Shown here: piece by piece, positions 47,497 to 57,501 of the stretch
How positions within the stretch are numbered: the stretch's first letter is position 1
Layout of the letters: every line of letters starts with the position of its first letter
DNA from: Dehalococcoidia bacterium
GTDB taxonomy: Bacteria > Chloroflexota > Dehalococcoidia > UBA2979
Direction of reading: 5' to 3'
Assembly (NCBI GenBank): GCA_964291495.2
Contig: OZ219867.1
Coordinates: forward strand, 71,365 to 135,364
Length of the DNA stretch: 64,000 bases
The notes under the pieces: generated by a model
Databases searched by the model: none
Told to the model about the DNA's origin: nothing
The model's input: the letters and a program-made list of their open reading frames with translations, nothing else
Position numbers and translations under genes: made by a program

Positions 47497-47536
47497 GCGC
47501 CTGGAGCGCGCCCGAGACGTCATCGCCGGGGGCCGC

Positions 47537-50005
47537 GTGAGCGGCCCCTGCGACGACCTGTTCGTCGTCGACCTCAGCAGCGGGCCCGCCGGCGGGCTGG
47601 CCTCGATGGTGCTCGCCGACTTCGGCGCCGACGTCCTCAAGGTCGAGCCGCCCGGCGGCGACCCGCGCCGCGGCGAGGCCGCCGCGCCGATGTGGCTGCG
47701 CGGCAAGCGCAGCGTCGTGCTCGACCTCGCGCGGCCCGCGGATCGAGGGCGCTTCCACGACCTCGTCGCGGACGCGGACGTCGTCGTCGCCTCGTTCGCG
47801 CCGGGCGAGGCGGAAGACCTCGGCGCGGACTACGCGGCGCTCGAGGCGCTGAACCCGGGCCTCGTCTACTGCTCGATCACCGGCTGGGGGCCGCGTGGCC
47901 CGTATGCGCACTACCCGGCGAGCGAGGGGCTGGTCGCGGCCAGGAGCGGGCGCATGCAGCTCTTCGCCGGGCTGCCGCAGCGCGAGGGGCCCGCCTACGC
48001 GGCTGTGCCCGTCGGCACGCACGGCACGGCGCAATCGGCGCTGTCGGGCATCCTCGCGGCGTTGCTCGTTCGCGACCGAACCGGGCGAGGGCAACTCGTC
48101 GAGACCAGCCTGCTGCAGGGACTGTTTCCCTTCGACACGCACAACCTGCTGCGAACGCAGCTGGCCCGGCGCTTCCCCTCGGAGTTCGAGGTCGGCATCA
48201 GGCAGACGGCGGCGGCGGGCCGGATCACGCTGCAGTACCTGCCGGTGATGGCCTCGGACGGGCGCTGGATCCAGTTCGCGAACCTGATGGAACACCTCTT
48301 CCACGCGATGATCGCCGCCGCCGACCTCTCGCACATCTACAGCGACCCACGCTTCGCCCTCGCCCCCAACACGGAGACCGTCGAGGACCGCGAGGCGCTG
48401 CGCGGCGTGATCCTCGAACGCATCCGCGAGCGGCCGGCCGACGAGTGGATGGAGATCTTCCGCGCCGACGGCAACGTCGCCTCCGAGCCGTTCGAGACCA
48501 CGCAGGAAGCGCTCGACAACATCGACCTGCGAGCCAACGGCGAGGTTACCGAGGACGAGCACCCGCGCCTCGGCCGCCTCGTGCAACTGGGACCGCTCGC
48601 GCAGCTGCGGGAGACGCCCGGCCGGACCGGCGGGCCTTCGGCCGACCCGGGCGCACACCAGGCGCAGCTGTTCGCGGCGCGCAACGGGCGGCGCGCAACG
48701 CGGCGGGCGCAGGCGCCCCCGTTCGCGATGGACGCGCCCGCGCACGCCCTCGAGGGCGTGACGGTGCTGGAGTTCGCGACGGTGATCGCTGCGCCGCTCG
48801 GCGCCTCGCTGCTCGCGGACCTCGGAGCGCGCGTGATCAAGATCGAGTCGCTCGATGGCGATCCCTACCGCTACATGGGACAGGGCTTCGGGCAGTACAT
48901 CGGCTCGACGAAGACCACGGCGGGCAAGGAGAGTATCTGCCTGGACCTCAAGACGGCGGAGGGCCAGGCGATTGCGCATCGCCTCGTGCGCGACGCCGAC
49001 GTGCTGATCCACAACTACCGGCCCGGCGTCGCGGAGCGCCTCGGCATCGGCTACGACGAGTTGAGCGCGATGCGGCCGGAGCTTGTCTACCTCGCGGCCA
49101 CCGGCTACGGGCCGGACGGGCCGAGCGCAAGCCGCCCCGCCGCGCACCCGATTCCCGGCGCCGCGATGGGCGGCGCGTTGCACCAGGCGGGCTCCGGCAT
49201 GCCGCCCACGGACTGCGACAACCTCGAGGAGATCCGCGAGGCCTCGCGCTGGCTCTATGTCTCCAACGAGGCGAACCCGGACCCTAACACCTCGGTCGCG
49301 CTCGCCTCGTCCGCGCTGCTCGGGCTCTACGCGCGGCGCCGCACGGGGCGTGGACAGCGCATCGACCTCAGCATGCTCGGCGCCAACGCCTATGCGAATA
49401 GCGACGACTTCCTCTCCTACGAGGGCAAGCCGGAGCGGCTGCAGGCCGACCCGGAACTGTACGGGCCGAGCCCCGTGCGCCGCCTCTACGAGGCCGCCGA
49501 GGGCTGGGTCTACCTCGAGATCTCGCACGAGCACGAGTGGCAGGCGCTCACCGCGGCGCTCTCGCGGCTCGGCGGCCCCGACCTCGCGGCGGACGCGCGC
49601 TTCGCCACGCCCGACGACCGCGAGCGCGAGGCGGAGGCGCTCGCCTCGGCGCTGGGCGAGGCATTCGCCGCGCGGGGAGCGGACGAGTGGGAGCGCGAGT
49701 TGATCGCGGCAGGCGCGCCGTGCGTGCGAGCGGACGTGCCGCAGGGTGAGTTCCTCCGGGACGACGAGCACATGCGGGCCAACGGCTTCGCCCCCGAGGT
49801 GGAGCACGCCGGCTTCGGCCGCTACCAGCGCTGGGGACCGACCGTCACGCTCTCGCGCACGCCCGGGCGCTACGGGCCCGGCGTGCTCGCCGGCCAGCAC
49901 ACCGACGCGATCCTCGCCGAACTCGGCTACAGCGCCGAGAGGATCGAGGAACTGAGGCGCGCGCGAGTCGCCGCCTCGGAGGAGCCGAAGCCGCTGCCTG
50001 AGTAG
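47537..50005 (+). CDS. Fused two-domain class III CoA-transferase
   Basis: Two CaiB repeats (LADFGADVLKVE and LADLGARVIKIE); catalytic-position Asp only in the C-terminal half (NPDPNT). Confidence 0.92.
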   Translation: MSGPCDDLFVVDLSSGPAGGLASMVLADFGADVLKVEPPGGDPRRGEAAAPMWLRGKRSVVLDLARPADRGRFHDLVADADVVVASFAPGEAEDLGADYAALEALNPGLVYCSITGWGPRGPYAHYPASEGLVAARSGRMQLFAGLPQREGPAYAAVPVGTHGTAQSALSGILAALLVRDRTGRGQLVETSLLQGLFPFDTHNLLRTQLARRFPSEFEVGIRQTAAAGRITLQYLPVMASDGRWIQFANLMEHLFHAMIAAADLSHIYSDPRFALAPNTETVEDREALRGVILERIRERPADEWMEIFRADGNVASEPFETTQEALDNIDLRANGEVTEDEHPRLGRLVQLGPLAQLRETPGRTGGPSADPGAHQAQLFAARNGRRATRRAQAPPFAMDAPAHALEGVTVLEFATVIAAPLGASLLADLGARVIKIESLDGDPYRYMGQGFGQYIGSTKTTAGKESICLDLKTAEGQAIAHRLVRDADVLIHNYRPGVAERLGIGYDELSAMRPELVYLAATGYGPDGPSASRPAAHPIPGAAMGGALHQAGSGMPPTDCDNLEEIREASRWLYVSNEANPDPNTSVALASSALLGLYARRRTGRGQRIDLSMLGANAYANSDDFLSYEGKPERLQADPELYGPSPVRRLYEAAEGWVYLEISHEHEWQALTAALSRLGGPDLAADARFATPDDREREAEALASALGEAFAARGADEWERELIAAGAPCVRADVPQGEFLRDDEHMRANGFAPEVEHAGFGRYQRWGPTVTLSRTPGRYGPGVLAGQHTDAILAELGYSAERIEELRRARVAASEEPKPLPE

Positions 50006-50021
50006 CTTCCCTGCGGCGTCC

Positions 50022-50417
50022 TCAGGCGGGCTCGTAGAGCAGCAGCGTTGCCTCGCCGACGGCCTGGAAGACGGGCTGCACGCGCATCCCCACCTCGATC
50101 GCGTCCGGATCGACGTTGACCAGCTCCGTCGTCAGGCGAGGGCCCTCGTCCAGCTCGACGACCGCGATCAGCTGCGGGAGGTCCTCGGACCACGGCGGCG
50201 CCGTGGGGCGCCGCGCGATCGTGTAGGTGTGCACCACGCCGTTGCCGGACAGCTCGCGCCACTCGAGGTCGCGCGTGAGGCAGCCGGGGCAGTGGGTCCG
50301 CGGGTAGTAGACGTAGCGCTCGCAGTCCGAGCAGTGCTGCAGCTCGACGCGGCCCTCGGCGAGGGCGTCCCAGAAGGGCTGGGTCTGCGGGGTTGGGACG
50401 GGCAGTGGCTTCTCCAC
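50022..50417 (-). CDS. DUF35 Zn-ribbon/OB-fold protein
   Basis: CSDC...YPRTHCPGC, VELDEGPRL. Confidence 0.92.
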   Translation of the reverse strand: MEKPLPVPTPQTQPFWDALAEGRVELQHCSDCERYVYYPRTHCPGCLTRDLEWRELSGNGVVHTYTIARRPTAPPWSEDLPQLIAVVELDEGPRLTTELVNVDPDAIEVGMRVQPVFQAVGEATLLLYEPA

Positions 50418-50421
50418 GGCG

Positions 50422-51615
50422 CTACTCCCCCCTCAGGATCAGCGCGACCTGCTCGCTCATGATCCCGCCGTTATTGAGGACCAGCACCGTGTCGCAGGTC
50501 TCGAGCTGGTTCGCGTCGCCGCGGCCCATGATCTGGCGTGCGCCCTCGGTGACGTGCGACATCCCGCCGCTCATGCCGGGCTGGCCGAAGGAGAGCTGGC
50601 CGCCGTTGGTGTTGAGCGGGAAGTCGCCGCTGTAGGTCAGGTCGTGATCGTTGATGAAGCGCGCGCCCTCGCCCTTCTCGCAGAAGCCCATGTCCTCCAG
50701 CGCCAGCAGCACGGTGATCGTGTAGCAGTCGTAGAGCTGGGCGGCGTCGATCTCCGCGCGCGCCACGTCGGCCATCTCGAACGCCTTGTCGGCGGCGGGC
50801 TTCATCGGCGTGCGCACCAGGTCCTCGGCGTAGCTCGGCGTCTTGAACGCCAGGTGCTCGCCGAAGCCCGTGAGGAAGGCGGGCCGGTGGTTCGTGCGCA
50901 GCGCGCGCTCGCGGCTGGCGAGGACGACCGCCGCCCCGCCGCTGCACGGCATCACGATCTCCAGCAGGTGCAGCGGGTCCGCGATCATCGGGCTGTTCAG
51001 CACGTCGTCGATCGTGATCGGCTGGCCGTGGAAGAAGGCGGGCGGGTAGGCGCAGGCGTTGGTGCGCTGGTCGACCGCGATCTTCGCCAGCGCGCGCTCG
51101 TCGTAGCCGAACTCGGCTGCGTAGCGCTGCGCGATCTGCGCGTAGCCGCAGTTCTGCGCGAGGTTGCCGTAGGGGATGTCGAACTCCGCCTGCGGCGATC
51201 CGAAGGCCCCGCTCGAGGCGCCGAGGTAGCCGGGGTTGACCGGCCCGCCCGGCGGCTGCGGCGTCGGCCCCGATGGCGTCGCGCAGACCACGACGTCGCA
51301 GAGCCCCAGCTCGATCGCCGCGGCCGCGCGCCAGATCATCCCCGCCGAGCTGGCCCCGCCGAGGTCGACGTGCTCGGCCAGGTTGACCGGCAACCCCATG
51401 TACTCCGACAGCGTGGCAGGCGCGAACATCGAGGATTCGCGCACGCCGGTGGTGCAGAGGCCGTTGACCTCGTTCACGCCGATGCCGGCGTCGTCGAGCG
51501 CCTCCTTCGCCAGCTCGGCGTACTGCTCGAACGAGAACATCGGCTCGCGGGTCGGCCGGCGCTCCGGCTTCCACTCCGCGACGCCGACGATCGCTGCGTC
51601 GCCTCTCAGTCCCAT
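50422..51615 (-). CDS. SCP-x/Ltp2-type thiolase-like protein
   Basis: AAIVGV, PMIADPL, LYDCYT, PLNTNGGQLS; lacks the N-terminal nucleophile Cys. Confidence 0.9.
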   Translation of the reverse strand: MGLRGDAAIVGVAEWKPERRPTREPMFSFEQYAELAKEALDDAGIGVNEVNGLCTTGVRESSMFAPATLSEYMGLPVNLAEHVDLGGASSAGMIWRAAAAIELGLCDVVVCATPSGPTPQPPGGPVNPGYLGASSGAFGSPQAEFDIPYGNLAQNCGYAQIAQRYAAEFGYDERALAKIAVDQRTNACAYPPAFFHGQPITIDDVLNSPMIADPLHLLEIVMPCSGGAAVVLASRERALRTNHRPAFLTGFGEHLAFKTPSYAEDLVRTPMKPAADKAFEMADVARAEIDAAQLYDCYTITVLLALEDMGFCEKGEGARFINDHDLTYSGDFPLNTNGGQLSFGQPGMSGGMSHVTEGARQIMGRGDANQLETCDTVLVLNNGGIMSEQVALILRGE

Positions 51616-51658
51616 TGCGCACCCCCTTCGGGTGTCGGTGATCGAGCGTGCGGGCGCC

Positions 51659-52093
51659 TCAGGAGCGGCGCGGCAGGCTCACCGTGGCCGCGCCGGGCAC
51701 CAGCACGTCGCCGCCCTCGTTGCGCTCGAAGATGTCGAGGTCGACGAGCGCCTCGCCGTCCTCCTCGCGCTTATCGGTGATCGTGCCGCCGTAGTAGAGG
51801 TTCTCGTGCGGGAAGGCGTTGCCGCGGTTCTGGATGCGGAAGCGCTTCAGGTGGCCGGCCGGACCGTGCCAGTCCGTCACCATCTTCGCCAGCAGCGCCG
51901 CTTGCAGCGGACCGTGCACGAGGATGTTCGGGCGGTTCTCGACCTCGGTGGTGTAGGGCGCGTCGTAGTGGATGCGGTGGCCGTTGTTGGTGGCGGCGCT
52001 GAAGAAGAACATCTGCACCTCGTCGACGGTCTCCACCACCTGTGGCAGCTCGTCGCCGACGTTCACGTCCTCGAAGTAGATCTGGTCTGCCAT
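51659..52093 (-). CDS. MaoC/hotdog acyl-CoA hydratase (catalytic half)
   Basis: YFEDVNVGDELP, FSAATNNGHRIHYD, LVHGPL. Confidence 0.88.
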   Translation of the reverse strand: MADQIYFEDVNVGDELPQVVETVDEVQMFFFSAATNNGHRIHYDAPYTTEVENRPNILVHGPLQAALLAKMVTDWHGPAGHLKRFRIQNRGNAFPHENLYYGGTITDKREEDGEALVDLDIFERNEGGDVLVPGAATVSLPRRS

Positions 52094-52106
52094 CGTCGCC
52101 ACCCCG

Positions 52107-52610
52107 TCAGTTCGCGATCGTGGACATGCGCGAGCGCACGACGACCACGCCGTCCTGGTTCGTGTAGGTGGTCTCGCTCGTCATCAGCACGAAGCGGCCG
52201 GAGCGGCCCGTCTTCTCCTCGATGTTGGCGATGTGCGTGACGGCGGTGAGGGTGTCGCCGGGGTAGATCGGCGCGAGGAACTCGTACTCCTCGCCGCCGG
52301 CCATGCGCCGAGGGGCGTTGTTCAGCGGGATGCCGCCGCCCCCGCCCCCGGGGATGCCGTCGTGGCGCAGGCCGTCGCGGATCGTGACGCCCTGCATCAC
52401 CTGCGAGACGAACAGCGGCGGGATCGGCGTGTCACTGAAGCCCTCCGCTGCAGCCGCCTCCTCGTCGAAGTAGCGCGGGTTCAGGTCGCCCACTGCGGCG
52501 GCCCAGCGCTGGGCCTCCTTCTGGTAGACGACGCCGGTGCCGCGCCGGGTCTCGTGCCCGATCATTGCCGTCGCCTCGGGCGGGACCATCGGCTGGTCGG
52601 TCATTGGCAT
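52107..52610 (-). CDS. MaoC N-terminal / FAS1-like dehydratase domain protein
   Basis: AVGDLNPRYFD, PRRMAGGEEYEF, EKTGRSG. Confidence 0.88.
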   Translation of the reverse strand: MPMTDQPMVPPEATAMIGHETRRGTGVVYQKEAQRWAAAVGDLNPRYFDEEAAAAEGFSDTPIPPLFVSQVMQGVTIRDGLRHDGIPGGGGGGIPLNNAPRRMAGGEEYEFLAPIYPGDTLTAVTHIANIEEKTGRSGRFVLMTSETTYTNQDGVVVVRSRMSTIAN

Positions 52611-52804
52611 CCCCTTCCTCGCACCGCTTCCGGGCCGCGAGCGCCGGGCGCGGTGGGCGTTGCATCGGGCAGCGAGTATAGCGAACCGTGGTTGCCCGGC
52701 GAGGCGCGCCCCGAGGGCGCGCGGATTGCCGCGACGGAGTACCCTGCTGCGCGAGAGGCGGCTGGCGGCGCACCCACCTGCGTCGCGGGGAGCAGGGGAG
52801 CACC

Positions 52805-53968
52805 ATGAGCGGCGGCGCGCTCTCCGACCTCTCGGTCCTCGAGGTGGCGCAGGGCGTCGCCGGGCCGTTCTGCGGCAAGCTGCTCGCCGACCTCGGGGCC
52901 GACGTGATCAAGATCGAGCCGCCCGAGGGCGACCGCTCGCGCCGCCATGGCCCGTTCCCCGGCGACGAGGCGCATCCGGAGCGCAGCGGCCAGTTCATCT
53001 ACCTCAACCACAACAAGCGCAGCGTCACGCTCGACGTCGGTGACGAACCGTCGCGCGACCTGCTGCGGCGGCTGGCTGCCCAGGTCGACATCCTCGTGAT
53101 CGACCTGGCGGCGAGGGCGCTTGAGGAGTTCGCGCTGACCTACGAGGAGCTGCGACCGCTCAACGACCAGTTGATCATGACCGCGATCACGCCGTTCGGC
53201 CTCGTCGGGCCCTGTCGCGACTGGGTCGCCACGGACTTCACCGCCTACATGATGAGCGGGCTCGGCTTCCAGACGCCCTACGGCCAGGTCACGGATCTCG
53301 AGGCGCAGCCGCCGCTCGCGGGCGGCGGCTACCAGACCGACTACCTCTCCGGCGCTACGGCGGCGGCGATGACGATGATGGCCGTCTTCCACCGCAAGGC
53401 CGTCGGCGAGGGCCAGCTCGTCGACATCTCGCGCTTCGAGGCGGTCAACGCGATGCTGCGCAACGACTACTCGGCCGCCTCGTACACGCCCGAGCTGGTG
53501 CCGCCTCGGATCAAGCACGGCTACTCCTGGGTGCTGCCCTGCGAGGACGGCTACATCTCCTTCTCGCCGTTCATCGCCGACCACTGGTGGGCCACCTTCC
53601 GGGATCTGGCGGGCAACCCCGAGTGGGCGATGAGCGAGGTCTTCGACACCGCGGAGGGGCGGCACGCGAACAACGACGTGCTTGAGGCGCTCACCGTCGA
53701 GTGGCTGCTGACGCAGAAGAAGATGGAGGTCTACGAGCTGGCGAGAGACTCCGGCATCCCCTGCTTCCCCGTGAACTCGATGCAGGAGCTGATCGAGTCG
53801 CGCCAGTACCGCCATCGCGACTTCTTCGTCGAGGTCGAGCACCCGGAGGCGGGCGTGCTCACGCAGCCCGGTCCGCCCGCGCGCTTCTCGGCGACGCCGG
53901 CGACGGTGCGCGAGCCCGCGCCGCGACTCGGCGCGCACAACGACGAGGTGCTGGAGGGGCTGCGATGA
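52805..53968 (+). CDS. Class III CoA-transferase
   Basis: LSVLEVAQGVAGP, LADLGADVIKIEPPEGD, QTDYLSG. Confidence 0.92.
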   Translation: MSGGALSDLSVLEVAQGVAGPFCGKLLADLGADVIKIEPPEGDRSRRHGPFPGDEAHPERSGQFIYLNHNKRSVTLDVGDEPSRDLLRRLAAQVDILVIDLAARALEEFALTYEELRPLNDQLIMTAITPFGLVGPCRDWVATDFTAYMMSGLGFQTPYGQVTDLEAQPPLAGGGYQTDYLSGATAAAMTMMAVFHRKAVGEGQLVDISRFEAVNAMLRNDYSAASYTPELVPPRIKHGYSWVLPCEDGYISFSPFIADHWWATFRDLAGNPEWAMSEVFDTAEGRHANNDVLEALTVEWLLTQKKMEVYELARDSGIPCFPVNSMQELIESRQYRHRDFFVEVEHPEAGVLTQPGPPARFSATPATVREPAPRLGAHNDEVLEGLR

Positions 53969-55209
53969 GCGCCGGCCAGTACGAGCCGCTTCAGTACGAA
54001 CCACTTAAGGGCGTCCGCATCACGGACATCGGCTGGGTGCTGGCCGTGCCGCACGCCACCTCCTGGCTCGCGACGTTCGGCGCGGACGTGATCCGCGTGG
54101 AGTCGACCGTGCGCCCGGACATCACGCGCATGGGCGGACTGCGCAACGGCGCGGACGGCATCAACGGCATCAACCGCTCCTCGATGTACAACGGCGTCAA
54201 CTTCGGCAAGCGCTGCGTCACGATCGATCTGACGCAGCCGCGCGGCATCGAGCTGGTCAAGGACATGGTGCGGCAGAGCGACATCGTGACGGAGAACTTC
54301 GCGGCCGGCGTCATGGAGCGGATGGGGCTGGGCTACGAGGAACTACGGAAGGTCAAGCCGGACATCATCATGCTCTCCGGCTCTCCGCTGGGGCAGGACG
54401 GGCCGGACAAGGACGCCACGGGCTTCGGCCCGAACACGCAGGCCTACGCCGGCCTGCCCTACATCACCGGCTACGAGGGCGGCATGCCGACGGGCCTGGG
54501 GCGCGACTACCCCGACTTCATGATCGGCATTCATATGGCCTTCTCCGTCCTCGCCGCGCTGCATCACCGCAACCGCAGCGGCGAGGGCCAGTGGATCGAG
54601 ATCGCGATGGCGGAGACGGTGACCTCGACGATCCCGGAGGCGGTGCTGGACTACACGATGAACGGGCGCGAGACACCGCGGCGCGGCAACCGCCACCCGC
54701 ACTTCGCGCCGCGAGGCGTCTACCGCTCCAGCGGCGACGACAGGTGGGTCGCGATCTCGGTTGCGGGCGACGAGCAGTGGCGCGCCCTCGGTGAGGCCCT
54801 CGGCAGCCCCGGCTGGGCCGCCGATCCGCGCTTCGCGACGCACGAGGGCCGGCTCGCTCACCACGACGAGATCGACGGGCGGATCACGGCCTGGACGCGT
54901 GAGCGCGGCCACTACGAGGCGGCGGAGCAGCTCCAGGCCCACGGCGTGCCGTCCGCGCCGGTCCTCGACACGTTCGAGACGCTCGAGGATCCGCAGCTCA
55001 ACGCGCTCGGCGCGTTCGTGGAGACCGTGCATCCGGAGGTCGGGAAGCGCCGCCTCGCGGGGCTGCCGGGGCGCTTCAGCGCGATTCCCGATGTCGAGTA
55101 CGGCGTCTCGCCGCTGCTGGGCGAGCACACCGAGGAGGTGCTGCGCGGCCTGCTCGGCCTCAGCGCCGAGGAGCTTGCCGAGCTCACCGAGCAGGGGATC
55201 ACCGTATGA
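53965..55209 (+). CDS. Class III CoA-transferase
   Basis: LKGVRITD, FGADVIRVE, YPDFMIG; ATGA overlap. Confidence 0.92.
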   Translation: MSAGQYEPLQYEPLKGVRITDIGWVLAVPHATSWLATFGADVIRVESTVRPDITRMGGLRNGADGINGINRSSMYNGVNFGKRCVTIDLTQPRGIELVKDMVRQSDIVTENFAAGVMERMGLGYEELRKVKPDIIMLSGSPLGQDGPDKDATGFGPNTQAYAGLPYITGYEGGMPTGLGRDYPDFMIGIHMAFSVLAALHHRNRSGEGQWIEIAMAETVTSTIPEAVLDYTMNGRETPRRGNRHPHFAPRGVYRSSGDDRWVAISVAGDEQWRALGEALGSPGWAADPRFATHEGRLAHHDEIDGRITAWTRERGHYEAAEQLQAHGVPSAPVLDTFETLEDPQLNALGAFVETVHPEVGKRRLAGLPGRFSAIPDVEYGVSPLLGEHTEEVLRGLLGLSAEELAELTEQGITV

Positions 55210-55547
55210 CCAGCGAGGCGGGCGGGGGTATCACCAGCGGCTACATCCTCGACCGCGTGACCGTGCAGCCGGGCCGCCTCGGCGAGTACCGCGAGCGGGT
55301 CGCGCGCGAGTACCTGCCGCTGGCGCGCGAGCGCGGGATGGAGCTGCTCGGCTCCTGGATCGAGCCGCCACTCGAGCTTCAGGACGAGAGCAACGACCTC
55401 TACCTGCTGTGGTCGTTCCCCGAGTTCTGGTCGATGCGGCGCCAATCGCGCGAGCAGGGCGCCGCGGCGTGGTGGGAGGACAGCGCGGACCTGACTGTAT
55501 CGCGCGAGCGCCTCTTCCTCGCGGCGGCGGAGCTGGAGGCCTCATGA
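55206..55547 (+). CDS. NIPSNAP-like dimeric alpha/beta barrel protein
   Basis: YILDRVTVQPG...YLPLARERGMELLGSW; translationally coupled on both sides. Confidence 0.7.
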   Translation: MTSEAGGGITSGYILDRVTVQPGRLGEYRERVAREYLPLARERGMELLGSWIEPPLELQDESNDLYLLWSFPEFWSMRRQSREQGAAAWWEDSADLTVSRERLFLAAAELEAS

Positions 55548-56227
55548 TCCGCCAGGTCGCCATGTTGCACCTGCGCGAGGGCGCGGCCGACGAGGCCATC
55601 GAGGCGTTCGAGGCCGCAATGGCGGACGCGCACGAGGCGTTGGGTGCGCGCCACGGCCACCTCGGCCGGCATATCGAGGGCAGCGTCGGCGGCGGCGACT
55701 ACACCTGGGACCTGCTGTTCGACGAGGCGCCCGAGGCCGATGCGGCGGCGCTGGTCGCGGATGCGCCGGCGCTCGCGCCGTACTTCGGCGGTGCTCCGCA
55801 AGCCGTCGTGGCGGAGATCGACGCGGTGCGTTTCGCGCCGCAGTATGGTGAGCTCCCGGAGCCCGGCATCCGCGACTTCGTGAAGCGGACGCTGTTCCTG
55901 CGGGTGGAGGATGGCGCGGAGGCGGAGGCGCTGGCGCGCTTCGAGCGCGAGCTGATGGGCATGCCTCGTTACATCGCCAGCATCCGGAACTGGGCGTGCG
56001 GCCGGACCGATCCGGCGCTGCAGCCCACGCAGTGGACGCACGTCTGGGAGCAGGAGTACCAGACAGTCGAGGGCCTGACCGTCGACTACATGGTGAGCCC
56101 GTACCACTGGGGCGTGGTGGACGGCTGGTTCGACATGGAGCGCCCGCAGCGGATCGTGAGTCCGCTGCTGGCGCACGTGTATTGCCCGGCCGCCTCCTCG
56201 ATCCTCGGGTGGGCGGACGAGGCGTGA
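55544..56227 (+). CDS. Dabb (stress-responsive A/B barrel) family protein, two domains
   Basis: MPRYIASIRNW, WTHVWEQEY, YMVSPYHW. Confidence 0.75.
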   Translation: MIRQVAMLHLREGAADEAIEAFEAAMADAHEALGARHGHLGRHIEGSVGGGDYTWDLLFDEAPEADAAALVADAPALAPYFGGAPQAVVAEIDAVRFAPQYGELPEPGIRDFVKRTLFLRVEDGAEAEALARFERELMGMPRYIASIRNWACGRTDPALQPTQWTHVWEQEYQTVEGLTVDYMVSPYHWGVVDGWFDMERPQRIVSPLLAHVYCPAASSILGWADEA

Positions 56228-56262
56228 CGGACGGAACGGCACGAGGCGAAACGGGGTAACCG

Positions 56263-57501
56263 ATGCACCTGATGTACTTCACCGAGCAGCCGATGTCGAC
56301 TTACCCGGAAGACGCCGTCGGCGAGGACGGCACGACGGCGCTACTGTTCTCCAACAAGCACTTCGACTCCGTCGCCGGCAGCCGCCTCTACAACGAGCGG
56401 CTGATCGAATACAAGCTCGCCGAGGAGGTGGGCTTCGACGGGATCATGCTCAACGAGCACCACGACGCGCCGTTCTGTATGCAGGCGCAGATCACGGTCT
56501 GGGCGAGTGTGCTGGCCGCCGCGACCGAGCGCATAAAGATCGTGCTCCTCGGAACGCCGCTCCCGACGCTGGACAACCCGCTGCAGGCGGCGGAGTCGCT
56601 GTCGATGGTGGACATGATCTCGAAGGGCCGCCTCGTCGCCGGCATCGTGCGCGGGTCCGGCACGGAGCAGTACGCCAACAACGTCAACCCCGCCTTCAAC
56701 CGCGAACGCTTCTACGAGGCGCACGACCTGCTGGTGAAGGCCTGGACGGAGCCCGGACCGTGGCGCTGGGAGGGGCCCAACTACGAGTTCCGCGTCGTCA
56801 ATCCCTGGGCGGTCCCGCTGCAGAAGCCGCACCCGCGCATCTGGGTGCCCGGCGTCGCCAGCCCGGAGACGATCGTCTGGTGTGCGCAGCAGCGCTACCC
56901 CTACGTCTGCCTCAACACCACCATCGAGATGACCAAGCAGATCTGGGAGCTGTACGAGAAGTCCGCCAACGAGGTCGGCTACGAGTCAGGCCCCGAGCAC
57001 CGCGGCTACCTGCTGCGCGTGCACGTCCAGGACACCGAGGAGAAGGCGATCGCCAACGCCCGCGAGTACATGTGGATGCAGGGCGAGTTCACCGGCCTCG
57101 GCCACCCCGTCTGGTCCTCGCCCACCGGCTACGGCTCGCCGGCCAACCGCGAGCCGACGCTGAAGCGCATCAACCAGCGAGCCGACGCCCCGCAGGCGAT
57201 GCCCTTCGAGGAGCAGCTCGAACACCTGCAGATCGTCGCCGGCACGCCGGACCAGGTCGTCGAGCGGCTGCGCGTGCTGCTCGAGGAGACGCGGCCCGGC
57301 ATCCTCGCCCTCTGGGGCAACGACGGCAAGGTCAGCCACGAGGACTCGAAGCGCTGCATCGAGCTGATGGGCTCGGACGTACTGCCGGCGCTGCGCGAGA
57401 TCGGCGACGAGCTCGATCTGAAGGACCCGTTCGAGGTCGGCGCGCCGCTCAGCACGCAGTTCATGGAGGCCCCGTACGTGCCCGAAGGCGCGCCCGCGTG
57501 A
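56263..57501 (+). CDS. LLM flavin-dependent oxidoreductase
   Basis: GFDGIMLNEHH, DMISKGRLVAG, PLQKPHPRIW. Confidence 0.92.
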   Translation: MHLMYFTEQPMSTYPEDAVGEDGTTALLFSNKHFDSVAGSRLYNERLIEYKLAEEVGFDGIMLNEHHDAPFCMQAQITVWASVLAAATERIKIVLLGTPLPTLDNPLQAAESLSMVDMISKGRLVAGIVRGSGTEQYANNVNPAFNRERFYEAHDLLVKAWTEPGPWRWEGPNYEFRVVNPWAVPLQKPHPRIWVPGVASPETIVWCAQQRYPYVCLNTTIEMTKQIWELYEKSANEVGYESGPEHRGYLLRVHVQDTEEKAIANAREYMWMQGEFTGLGHPVWSSPTGYGSPANREPTLKRINQRADAPQAMPFEEQLEHLQIVAGTPDQVVERLRVLLEETRPGILALWGNDGKVSHEDSKRCIELMGSDVLPALREIGDELDLKDPFEVGAPLSTQFMEAPYVPEGAPA

